A DNA stretch of 32,000 bases from Thermofilum pendens Hrk 5 (GCF_000015225.1 NC_008698.1:1200001-1232000); one strand, 5' to 3'. Counted from the first letter of the stretch, positions 17,207-25,155 are shown. Notes: generated from the sequence alone by a model not told the origin. Made by a program: numbers and translations.

Positions 17207-18128
17207 CCACAACCCCGAACTCGACGCTCCTGTACAGCGAGTCCCCCGTGAGGTTAGCACTCGAGAGCAAAACCTCCCCCTCAGACGCGTAGATATTCGC
17301 GTGCAGAGGCTTCTCCGTGAACTCAACGTCCAAGCCGGGGTACCGCGCAACCCCCTGACCCTTTACGGTCACGAGCGTAGCACTCCTCCCCGGGCCAGCC
17401 TCCCGCAAAGCCCTAACAACGAGCCCAAGCCCCTCGTCGTCCACGCGGGGCGTCACGAGCACGGGCTCCCTGTACGTGTACACCACGTGCGCGACGGCAA
17501 CCGCGACCACCGGCTCATCCTCCCTACCCCTAACGTACCAGTACTCCGCGGGCTCCCGGAGGTGCTCGCACCCAACGTAGAGCTGGTCAACCATCCGCTC
17601 AAACAAGGCGCTAACAACATAGCTGTTGAAGGGCTTCTCAGGGGCCTCGCCGCCCCCAGCAGGACTAACGGGGAGCCCCAGCCTCATCATAACGCCGTTC
17701 CAGTACCTCATCTCGCCCCCAAGCTCCCTCACGGCGTCCATAGCGTTGAAGCTACGGCGGGAGCAGAGGTACGAGAGGAAAACCCTCAAGGGATACCAGG
17801 ACAGCATAACCCTCCTCACAGCCTCGACGCACCCCCTACTCCCCGGCTCCGAGCAAGCACCAGCAACATCCCTCGCAAGCCTCGTCGCGTAGTAGGCTTT
17901 CCCGCTGTACGAGAGAAGCCCCGAGTGCCACCCCAGCCTCAGGTAGCCCGACGCGTCGCTAGGGTGGAGACCGAGAGCGTCTGCGATCGTCTTGGCGTCC
18001 ACCTTTCTCAACGAGGACGCGAGCCTCAGCATCTCGGCGAACTTCTCGAGGTCGAAGGACGTGACGCCCTTGCTTTCGAAGTACGTTTTCCCAGCGTCGA
18101 GGAGCGTCTTCACGAACCTAAGCTCCAA
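17145..18128 (-). CDS. PLD-like (HKD-superfamily nuclease-like) protein with helical/wHTH-like N-terminal region; variant active-site motif
   Basis: C-terminal LHANIYASEGEVLLSSANLTGDSL resembles HxK(x4)D(x6)GSxN but reads H-x-N...E...SSAN. TTG start, with GGTTAAAGTT ~35 nt upstream on the minus strand. Confidence 0.45.
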   Translation of the reverse strand: MELRFVKTLLDAGKTYFESKGVTSFDLEKFAEMLRLASSLRKVDAKTIADALGLHPSDASGYLRLGWHSGLLSYSGKAYYATRLARDVAGACSEPGSRGCVEAVRRVMLSWYPLRVFLSYLCSRRSFNAMDAVRELGGEMRYWNGVMMRLGLPVSPAGGGEAPEKPFNSYVVSALFERMVDQLYVGCEHLREPAEYWYVRGREDEPVVAVAVAHVVYTYREPVLVTPRVDDEGLGLVVRALREAGPGRSATLVTVKGQGVARYPGLDVEFTEKPLHANIYASEGEVLLSSANLTGDSLYRSVEFGVVVKSSPSLLAVVDDLLPGVLL

Positions 18129-18263
18129 GACCCATCCCAGTAATCCGTGCTACTGCTGAAACTTTAACCTTTCCCTTCTAGCACTACAGCTTTTTGCAAC
18201 ACGCACAGGGGCACGAGTCAACCTATTTTTACCCCCGCGGTAGTAAACTGAAGGGCGGCAGGT

Positions 18264-19022
18264 ATGGGCAAGCGGAGGTCCCGGGACCCGAGGAGCTACG
18301 ACTCCTCGAAGAAGGTTCTGCGAGGAAGGCTCGGCGAGGACTTGCGGTTCTACAACCCGAGGGAGGTCTACAACGCGCTGACATCCAACAAGAAGGTAGT
18401 CGGGTGGCTGAAGTTCATAGCGGAGAGCTACACCCCGCCACCGGAGAAGAAGGTCCTCCTGTTCTACCCCTGCAGCACGGTTAAACCCTACCACGAGTCC
18501 AGGTCCTACAAAGCGCTGTACAAGACGCTGGAAAGCCTCGGAGAGAAGCGCCGACTAATACACGTGGTGGCAGTCTCCGAGCCCTTCGGAGCGGTCCCCG
18601 AGGAGTACTTCTACGAGTGGGAGGAGTGGTACGACTGCCCCGGGCTCTTCGAGTGGTGGTGCAGGGCCCACGGGCAGCCCTACGAGAGGGAGTACGCCGA
18701 GAAAAGCATCGAGCTACTAGCGAGCTACGTAGCCGCCTTCCTCAAGAGGACAAAGAGCTCCTACGCGCACAGGGTAGCCTTCGTGCGCACGTACACGTCC
18801 AAGCTTAGGATTAGTCCTAGCCACACCCATAGAAGGATAATCGAGCTGGCATCCAAGGCGTCGGGCGTCGAAGTCGAACTACTACCACCCAAAGAGGTCG
18901 TAGAAGAAATAGTCAGAACCTACGGAGCAGGAGCATGGAACCGTCAAGGCGTGGCTCACCCAGCGGCCCAGGAGTACCTGCGCGGGTACCTGGAGCGCCT
19001 CCTGGTAAGACTCTCCCCGTAA
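18264..19022 (+). CDS. DUF5591 / archaeosine-synthase (ArcS) N-terminal-domain-like protein, stand-alone
   Basis: LLFYPCSTVKPYHESRSY fits the PC-x3-KPY-x2-S motif described for ArcS. 252 aa with no TGT or PUA domain attached. A CTATTTTTAC box lies ~40 nt upstream. Confidence 0.5.
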   Translation: MGKRRSRDPRSYDSSKKVLRGRLGEDLRFYNPREVYNALTSNKKVVGWLKFIAESYTPPPEKKVLLFYPCSTVKPYHESRSYKALYKTLESLGEKRRLIHVVAVSEPFGAVPEEYFYEWEEWYDCPGLFEWWCRAHGQPYEREYAEKSIELLASYVAAFLKRTKSSYAHRVAFVRTYTSKLRISPSHTHRRIIELASKASGVEVELLPPKEVVEEIVRTYGAGAWNRQGVAHPAAQEYLRGYLERLLVRLSP

Positions 19023-19290
19023 GCTCAACCCTCGGCGAGGGCCACTTCTACGCGAAGACCGGCGGAGACACCTCCGCGCACTCACGGCTCATGGGCTCTT
19101 TTCTACAAATTCCCGACAGAGGTCGGGAATTCGATTTTCTGTTTACGAATCCCTCTCGACGGGAAGAATCCCTGTTGAAAATGCCTCCCGTAAAATCCCG
19201 ATCTCTGTCGGGATTATCTCGTGTTTGCTTTCGAAGCTTCTCATGCGTGAATTTTGTCAAAGAGGCAGTTTTGCAGACTTCGACTCATTG

Positions 19291-19306
19291 AGAAAAGGAT
19301 TTATAG
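19291..19306 (+). promoter_or_regulatory. BRE/TATA promoter of CRISPR array 1
   Basis: AGAAAAGG-ATTTATAG ends ~24 nt before the first repeat (19331), at the end of a lower-GC leader (about 19085-19330). Confidence 0.6.
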
Positions 19307-19330
19307 ACCCTCAACCGTAGAAAGTGGTCG

Positions 19331-20080
19331 GAAGCAACTGTGAAAGCATTGAAAGGTAAGTAACGTTGGCAGTTACGAGGTAGCCCCGCGGAGCCCGAAG
19401 CAACTGTGAAAGCATTGAAAGTCTCCTCAAGCTTCTCCGCCAGTTGCCCGATCCTCTCGAAGCAACTGTGAAAGCATTGAAAGGAGGCACTGCTGGAGGC
19501 GGCCAGGGTGCTCAACGTCAGCGGAAGCAACTGTGAAAGCATTGAAAGGCTCATTACGCCTCACCCACCAGCAATGCGGCTTGGTAGACTGAAGCAACTG
19601 TGAAAGCATTGAAAGTTCGAGCAAATGAGCGTGGACGAGCTGCGGCAGGAAGTGCTGATGTGGGAAGCAACTGTGAAAGCATTGAAAGAAGTTTCACTCT
19701 TTCGAGCTCGTCGGTCGTCTTCTTTAGTATGAAGCAACTGTGAAAGCATTGAAAGTTACGTATGAGTTCATCGACACCGGCAAGCAGGTTCACGAAGCAA
19801 CTGTGAAAGCATTGAAAGACCAGGACCGAGAGCCGCTGCTCCAGCTCCGGGCTCAAGAAGCAACTGTGAAAGCATTGAAAGTTCGGAGGGATTTCCCAGC
19901 GGTTGCGACGTCTATTGCACGGAGAAGCAACTGTGAAAGCATTGAAAGTTACTCGCCAAGCGCTGTGAAAGGCTCGGCGCAGTGGGGGAAGCAACTGTGA
20001 AAGCATTGAAAGGGATATACGCCACGGAGGAGGTCGCCAGGAGCCTCGGCTCCGCGAAGCAACTGTGAAAGCATTGAAAG
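19331..20080 (+). CRISPR. CRISPR array 1: 12 identical 25-nt repeats GAAGCAACTGTGAAAGCATTGAAAG, 11 spacers (37-48 nt)
   Basis: Repeats start at 19331, 19397, 19459, 19524, 19591, 19664, 19731, 19794, 19857, 19924, 19988 and 20056. Plus orientation is supported by the upstream leader/promoter and by the 3' ATTGAAAG typical of crenarchaeal 8-nt crRNA 5' handles. Confidence 0.97.
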
Positions 20081-20105
20081 GCTCGTGCTCGCCGTGTAGC
20101 TTCCG

Positions 20106-20594
20106 TTACTGGTCTTCGACGCGTTGGCTCTGTCGTGGCCCGGAGGCTTCGCGGTCTCGGTGGGGCACAAGGCTTTGGGGCGTCCTGCTGTCGAGGAGTG
20201 GCCTGGACGCGGGTAGTCTTTCTGCGCGTCGTGGTGTTTGCTTTTCCCCGCCCACCCTGGAAAAAGTTGTTTTCGCGTGGAGGGCGAGTAGGACCGCGTT
20301 GTGGAGTGCTGCCGCTGCTCTCACCGCGGATGCCGCCGCTACTGGGGCGTTGGAGGCGCTGGGCGGGAGGCCTAGCTTCCCGGCTACTCTGCGCAGGGCG
20401 TAGGCTAGGAGCGCGAGGAGTAGGATTACGAGAACTTCTCTCAGGGCTAGGAGGAGGGGGTTTCCCAGGAGGGCGGCCGTGTTGGGGTTTGCCTCGTAGA
20501 ACGCCCCGGTGGAGAGGGCGGCGTATGTCGAGGCTATGTCGCAGGCGCTCGAAGCGGCGTACACCGATACCCAGAACTTCAGCCCTCTGCCCAC
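20106..20594 (-). CDS. small membrane protein, DUF5658-like N-terminal part with non-descript tail
   Basis: SACDIASTYAALSTGAFYEANP resembles the D..ST...G..E.NP pattern, and there are three hydrophobic helices. GTG start without a convincing promoter. The last ~55 aa are low-quality sequence that begins at a repeated motif (20250-20280). Confidence 0.35.
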   Translation of the reverse strand: MGRGLKFWVSVYAASSACDIASTYAALSTGAFYEANPNTAALLGNPLLLALREVLVILLLALLAYALRRVAGKLGLPPSASNAPVAAASAVRAAAALHNAVLLALHAKTTFSRVGGEKQTPRRAERLPASRPLLDSRTPQSLVPHRDREASGPRQSQRVEDQ

Positions 20595-20853
20595 CCGGGA
20601 AAAAGGGTTTTTCGCGGGGGCTTAGCGCTGGGAGGTTTTCAGCGCCCTGTAGACTTCTTTCGCGTCGTGCTTGAGCGCGCCGACCTCTTCGAGTATCCTG
20701 AGCATCTGGAGGTACACGCTACCGGCGTTCGTGGCTACCTCGACGGGTGCGTCGCCGCAACCGAACCCTCTAAGCTCCCCCTGGTTGCCAGGAGGATCTT
20801 CACGGTTCTCTCGGCGACTTCTTCCACGGCTCCCACCCCCAAGGGAAAAAACG

Positions 20854-21183
20854 CTACGCTTTCAGGGTGCGCGGAGCCGGGTAGAGCCTCCGGACGGCCT
20901 CCAGCAGTGCCTCCCCCTTCTCCGGGTCGAGGAGGGTCCAGTCCCTCCAGGAGAACGCCCTCGCGTAGACGGTGTTCTCCGGCACTCTCACAGCGACGAA
21001 GGCTCCCCCGACGCGCAGCGACAGCCTGTAGCCTGCAAGCCTCCACTCGCCCTCCCTGTACGCGTAGACCGCCCTCACGCGTAGCAGGGGGGCTAGGGAG
21101 CGCGCGTCCCGCGCAAGCGCGCCTGTAACGGCGTCCACGAACGCCTCGAAGCACCGCGGGGGCACAGGGCTAACGCGCCTCAC
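20854..21183 (-). CDS. hypothetical protein (109 aa)
   Basis: Coding-like composition. The start overlaps the upstream ORF stop by 4 nt. The stop is followed directly by a T6 tract on the minus strand (20846-20851). No domain recognised. Confidence 0.45.
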   Translation of the reverse strand: MRRVSPVPPRCFEAFVDAVTGALARDARSLAPLLRVRAVYAYREGEWRLAGYRLSLRVGGAFVAVRVPENTVYARAFSWRDWTLLDPEKGEALLEAVRRLYPAPRTLKA

Positions 21184-21536
21184 TCCTCGAAATCCCCCAC
21201 GACGACGTCCTCGCCTTTGAAGAGGTCGAGGAGCGCGGAGAGGAAGGAGCCTCCCCGCCTCAGCGGGGTAGACGCGACGAGCTCGCGGCCCAGGTAGACG
21301 GAGACGCGGTCCTCCTGCACCACCAGCACGTACTCGTCTATGCAGAGCTCCAGCTTAGCCTCCACGACTAGCCACTCGTCGGAAACCCCGTCGACCACGG
21401 AGACCTTCTCGAGCCTGAAGCAGTCGAAGAAAACCCTGGAACACACAACCCCCATCGCCGCCCCCGCAGGGTCCAAGTCGACGGCGCAGGCAAGCAACTC
21501 CGCGTAAGCCAAGACAACGGACCTCACACACCCCAC
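21180..21536 (-). CDS. hypothetical acidic protein (118 aa)
   Basis: Coding-like composition with an acidic C-terminus. GTG start at 21536, or the internal ATG at 21455. Translationally coupled to the downstream ORF. No domain recognised. Confidence 0.45.
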   Translation of the reverse strand: MGCVRSVVLAYAELLACAVDLDPAGAAMGVVCSRVFFDCFRLEKVSVVDGVSDEWLVVEAKLELCIDEYVLVVQEDRVSVYLGRELVASTPLRRGGSFLSALLDLFKGEDVVVGDFEE

Positions 21537-21539
21537 CCA

Positions 21540-22274
21540 GCGCGGAGAGAGGGAGCCCCGCCCTTCAAAGGCACCCCGAGCTTCGCCACCAGGCTAGCCG
21601 GGGCCGCCGCCCGAGGCACACAGCCCCGGACTCCACCCCCCGCTCATCCCCGCACCGAAGTCCAAGCAGGCTGTTCACCCGCCCGTCCCCCGGCGGAGGT
21701 CGCGAGGGGGAGCCCCACCCCCAGGCAACCCTGGGGGCTTGACCCCGGGTGGGAGGGGCTCCTCTCCCCCTCGTATCGCTGAAGGCGCTAGAAGCGTGTG
21801 AAGGGAGGGGGAGAGGGGGCTTGCCTCGGGGCGGGACTCGCCCCCCTCCCGCTTCCTCGTGGCCCGCCCGCCACCGGCGGGACGGCTTGCCTCCGGCAGG
21901 CCTTCGGGAGTAGCGACGTAACGCCGCCACCTCCTGGCAGGCCTTCATCGGCGCCCGGCGGGGAAGGCTTCATCCTCACAGCCCGCGGCTACACCCCTTA
22001 TCCGTTTCCCGGGGTTCGCGCGCGGGCTCGTCTATTCGCCGCCCGCCACGCCCTGTCCCCGCCTCGCGGCGGGGTGGGCCAGCGGCGGACGGGCACCCGC
22101 GCCCCCCTCTAGAAGAGGAGAAGCGCCCCGTAGGGGGGTTACCCTGATGCACTGCCCCCGCAACGCCTGAGAAGCGGGGGCGCCGGGCGCGGAGCATCCC
22201 CGGCCTTTAGCCGGGCGAGAGGCCCCGCGTCCCCGAGGAGCGCGTCCCCCCTAGGGCTCCCCGTTCGGGGAGCC
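21540..22274 (-). ncRNA. candidate large (~730 nt) GC-rich structured RNA or structured 5' leader, family unknown
   Basis: No credible ORF. 78-82% G+C in hand-counted lines versus ~62% in adjacent coding sequence. The promoter-like element at 22297-22311 sits at the right distance from a perfect 5' hairpin (22255-22274). There are many further perfect helices, and G-U pairs favour the minus strand. Confidence 0.4.
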
Positions 22275-22296
22275 TTCAGGATGTTCTACTTTCTTC

Positions 22297-22311
22297 CTTA
22301 AATACTTTTCG
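22297..22311 (-). promoter_or_regulatory. BRE/TATA-like promoter (minus strand)
   Basis: The minus strand reads CGAAAAG-TATTTAAG, inside the only AT-rich patch (~43% G+C in 22261-22320) between the ankyrin gene and the GC-rich segment. Confidence 0.45.
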
Positions 22312-22477
22312 GATAAGAGTCTCCGCTATCCGGGCTTCCTGGCATACCCGGCTTTAGCCCCTCGGGGCTCGGTCCCTCCGAAAGACTCCGGGCATCCGCG
22401 GAAAACACCTGCTTGCCCGGGCGAGTACTTCTGCGTCAACGTCTGCAGGCTGGTGCCCCGGGTATTCTTCGCCGCGC

Positions 22478-25090
22478 TTACCGAGTTTTCCTGAACCTGA
22501 ACATGTACCCTGAGAGCAGCGCGAAAGCGTCGGTGTCTCCTTTGATCACAGCGAGCTGTAGCGGGCTCAGCCCCTCGGAGTTCCTTATACTCGGATCCGC
22601 CCCGTGCTCTAATAGTAGCTCGATAGCTTCTCGCCGTTCCCTCCAGAAGGAATGCTCAATTACGTAGTGTAGTGGGGTGTTGCCTTCCCAGTCTCTCGCG
22701 TTGGGGTCCGCCCCGTGCTCCAGGAGCCACCTCGCGACTTCGAGGTGCTCGCGGGAGCCGAAAAACACGGCTATGTGGAGCGGCGTCTGGTCCCGGGAGT
22801 CCCTGGCGTTTACGTCTGCTCCGTGTATCAAGAGAAGCTCGGCGATCCTCAAGCAATTATCCCATGCGTTCTTGCTACACATATCTGCGTGTTCAGCTAC
22901 GTAGTGTAGCGGTGTCTCCCCGTGACTGTTCCTTGCGTTGGAGTCTGCGCCGTGCTTGAGCAGGAGCCTGACTATCTCCAGGTGCCCCCGGGCGGCGGCG
23001 TGGTGCAGTGGTGTCCCTCCGAAATCGTTCCTGGCGTCTACGTCGGCGCCGTGCTCCAACAGCAGTCTTACCGCCTCGACGTTCCCGCTGGACGTGGCTT
23101 TATGTAGCGGTGTTTCTCCGTCCTTGGTTCTCGCGTTAATGTCTGCCCCTCTCTCGATGAGGAACCTCGCAATCCCGGCGTCCCTGCACCCGGCGGCGCC
23201 GTGTAGCGGAGTCCTGTCAAACCAGTCCCTCGCGTTAATGTCTGCGCCTCTCTCGAGGAGCAGCGTGAAGACGTCCCAGCGACAACTCCTTGCCGCGTAG
23301 CAGAGCGCGTCCGCGTTTACCTCCGCGCCCCTCTCTAGTAGCAACTTCACTGCCTCGAAGTTTCCTCGCTCCGCGGCTACGTGTAGCGGTGTTTCCCCGA
23401 ACTTGTTCCTGGCATTAATGTCTGCGCCCCTCTCCAGCAGAATCTCGATAACCTCCACGTCCCCATTCCAGGCGGCGGCATGTAGCAACGTGTTGCCGTC
23501 GTTGTCCCTGGTATTGGGGTTCACGCCCCACTCAAGCAACTTCTTAACGCACTCCGGGCGCCCGCACCTTACCGCCGCGTGAAGACCGTTGCCAGGCTCT
23601 GCTCCGTGCTCCAACAGTAGCCTGATAAACTCGAGTGCTTTGTGCTCGCCTGTAAGCCAGTCCGTAATGTTATCATCGTAACAGAAAAAGGAGGAGATAA
23701 TAGCCAGCGGAGTTGAGCCTCCATACTCCTCGGCGTTCGGATCCGCCCCATGCTCTAGCAGAAGCTTCGCAGCCTCAGTGTCTTTCACAGTCGCCGCTAG
23801 GTGTAGCGGTGTCATCCCGGAGTCATTCCTTGCGTTGGGGTCTGCCCCGTGCTCGAGCAGGAGTTCTACTACCTCCGGACATCCCCGCTCCGCGGCCCAG
23901 TGTAGCGGAGTTCTTCCGTACTCGTCCTTTGCGTTAGCATCCAGACCTTTCTCTAGGAGGAGCCTGACAACCTTTGCGTAGCACCAAAAGGCCGCTTTGT
24001 GGAGTAGCGTGTAGCTATCCGAGCCGATGAGGCTGGGGTCTGCGCCCCGCTCCAGGAGTAGCCCGACGACCTTCAACGCTGTGAGCGCATCTGCGCGTAT
24101 ATACATATCCTGGCGGTGAGCCGCATAGGCTAACGGTGTAAGCCCATCGTTATCCTTAGCGTCCACATCTGCTCCGTGCTCTAGGAGTAGCTCGACGACT
24201 TCGACTTTTCCCAGTCCTGCGGCGAAGTGTAGCGGCGTCATCCCTGAGCTATTCTTCGCGTTGGGGTCTGCACCTTTCTCTAAGAGTAGCTTGGCAACCT
24301 CCATGTTTTTAAAGGCTAAGTGTAGGGGGGTATTTCCAAAGGCGTCCACAGCGCACGGGTCTGCGCCGCGCTCGAGCAAAAACTTCACCACCTCGGCGCT
24401 TCCCTCCATAGCTGCGCGGTGTAGCGGCGTTCGTCCCTCGTTGTTCCTGGCGTTTACGTCAGCCCCTCTCTCTAAGAGTAGCTTACTGACTTCTATGCTC
24501 CTAACAGCCAGGTGTAGCGGTGTATTGCCATACGTGTCCGTAGCTCCCGGATCGGCGCCCCGCTCGAGTAGCAACTTTGCGACTTCTGCGCTTCCTTGCT
24601 CAGCGGCGTAGTGAAGCGGTGTCTTCCCGGAGCTGTTCTTCGCGTTCACGTCTGCGCCTCTATCCAGCAGTAGCCTGGCTATGTCTGCAAACCCTAGTAG
24701 CGCCGCCAGGTGCAATGGAGTATTGCCTTCCTCGTCGGTGGCGTTCGGGTCTGCGCCGCGGTCGAGCAGTACCTCGGCTACGACGAAGTGCCCGTACACG
24801 GCGGCCCAGTGTAGCGGTGTCCTCCCTTTGCGACCCAGCTCGGAGCTGAGTACATCCCATGTGATCTTGTCCTTCACATTTGGGTCTGCGCCTCGCTCCA
24901 GGAGTAGCCTTGCGGCCTCGGCGTGCCCGAAGATGGCGGCGCAGTGTAGCGGAGCAAGCCCCGCGGGGCCCGCGGCGTTCGGGTCGACGCCCCCCTCTAG
25001 GAGGGCCTTCACCCTCTTCGCGTCCCCCGAGCAGACTGCCCTGAAGAGTTCTTCGACTGTTCCCGCGCGGTTCCCCTCCGGGCCCGGCAC
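22478..25090 (-). CDS. ankyrin-repeat protein (about 24 ANK repeats, 870 aa)
   Basis: Near-continuous 33-aa periodicity of G.TPLH.AA..G..E(V/I)(V/A).LLLE.GAD.NA.D. About 24 TPLH-type motifs counted. No signal peptide and no other domain. Confidence 0.9.
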   Translation of the reverse strand: MPGPEGNRAGTVEELFRAVCSGDAKRVKALLEGGVDPNAAGPAGLAPLHCAAIFGHAEAARLLLERGADPNVKDKITWDVLSSELGRKGRTPLHWAAVYGHFVVAEVLLDRGADPNATDEEGNTPLHLAALLGFADIARLLLDRGADVNAKNSSGKTPLHYAAEQGSAEVAKLLLERGADPGATDTYGNTPLHLAVRSIEVSKLLLERGADVNARNNEGRTPLHRAAMEGSAEVVKFLLERGADPCAVDAFGNTPLHLAFKNMEVAKLLLEKGADPNAKNSSGMTPLHFAAGLGKVEVVELLLEHGADVDAKDNDGLTPLAYAAHRQDMYIRADALTALKVVGLLLERGADPSLIGSDSYTLLHKAAFWCYAKVVRLLLEKGLDANAKDEYGRTPLHWAAERGCPEVVELLLEHGADPNARNDSGMTPLHLAATVKDTEAAKLLLEHGADPNAEEYGGSTPLAIISSFFCYDDNITDWLTGEHKALEFIRLLLEHGAEPGNGLHAAVRCGRPECVKKLLEWGVNPNTRDNDGNTLLHAAAWNGDVEVIEILLERGADINARNKFGETPLHVAAERGNFEAVKLLLERGAEVNADALCYAARSCRWDVFTLLLERGADINARDWFDRTPLHGAAGCRDAGIARFLIERGADINARTKDGETPLHKATSSGNVEAVRLLLEHGADVDARNDFGGTPLHHAAARGHLEIVRLLLKHGADSNARNSHGETPLHYVAEHADMCSKNAWDNCLRIAELLLIHGADVNARDSRDQTPLHIAVFFGSREHLEVARWLLEHGADPNARDWEGNTPLHYVIEHSFWRERREAIELLLEHGADPSIRNSEGLSPLQLAVIKGDTDAFALLSGYMFRFRKTR

Positions 25091-25155
25091 GGGTGCTAGG
25101 CGGCGTGGAGGGTAAAAAGCCCGTCGCTGAGAGATAACGCTGAAACTCGCGGGGG

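Noticed and set aside
19285-20170. ORFs running through CRISPR array 1 (several frames, both strands)
   Set aside because: Their repetitive peptides (e.g. FNAFTVAS, FQCFHSCF) are simply translations of the CRISPR repeat.
20667-21154. ORFs 20667-21128 (+), 20671-21084 (+), 20735-21154 (-)
   Set aside because: These are shadow frames over ORF 20854-21183 and the decayed region. Only the last ~34 codons of 20735-21154 look protein-like, and they are discussed as a remnant.
21600-21640. tRNA-like D-loop sequence GGCUAGCCUGGU (minus strand)
   Set aside because: There is no T-loop (GGTTCRAAT), no acceptor-stem pairing and no cloverleaf.
21565-22197. ORFs 21565-21948 (-), 21788-21979 (-), 21798-22112 (+), 21976-22197 (-)
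   Set aside because: Extreme Arg/Gly/Pro/Ala composition, mutually overlapping frames and no start context. The region is better explained as non-coding structured sequence.
21540-22274. Identification of the GC-rich segment as RNase P RNA or SRP RNA
   Set aside because: There are partial resemblances (CUAAAGGCCGGGG vs the CR-I GAGGAAAGUCCGGG; GGGCGGCGGCCCCGGCUAGCC vs archaeal SRP 5' ends as I remember them). However, there is no ACAGAA-CCGGCUUA-type P4 partner at a sensible distance and no CAGGCCCGGAAGGGAGCAGCC-type helix-8 motif, and the length is wrong. A covariance-model search is still needed.
22330-22477. Plus-strand CCGAAAGACUCCGGGC and ACCCGGCUUUAGCC as RNase P CR-I/CR-V
   Set aside because: The order of the two elements is inverted relative to RNase P, they are only ~25 nt apart, and both deviate from consensus.
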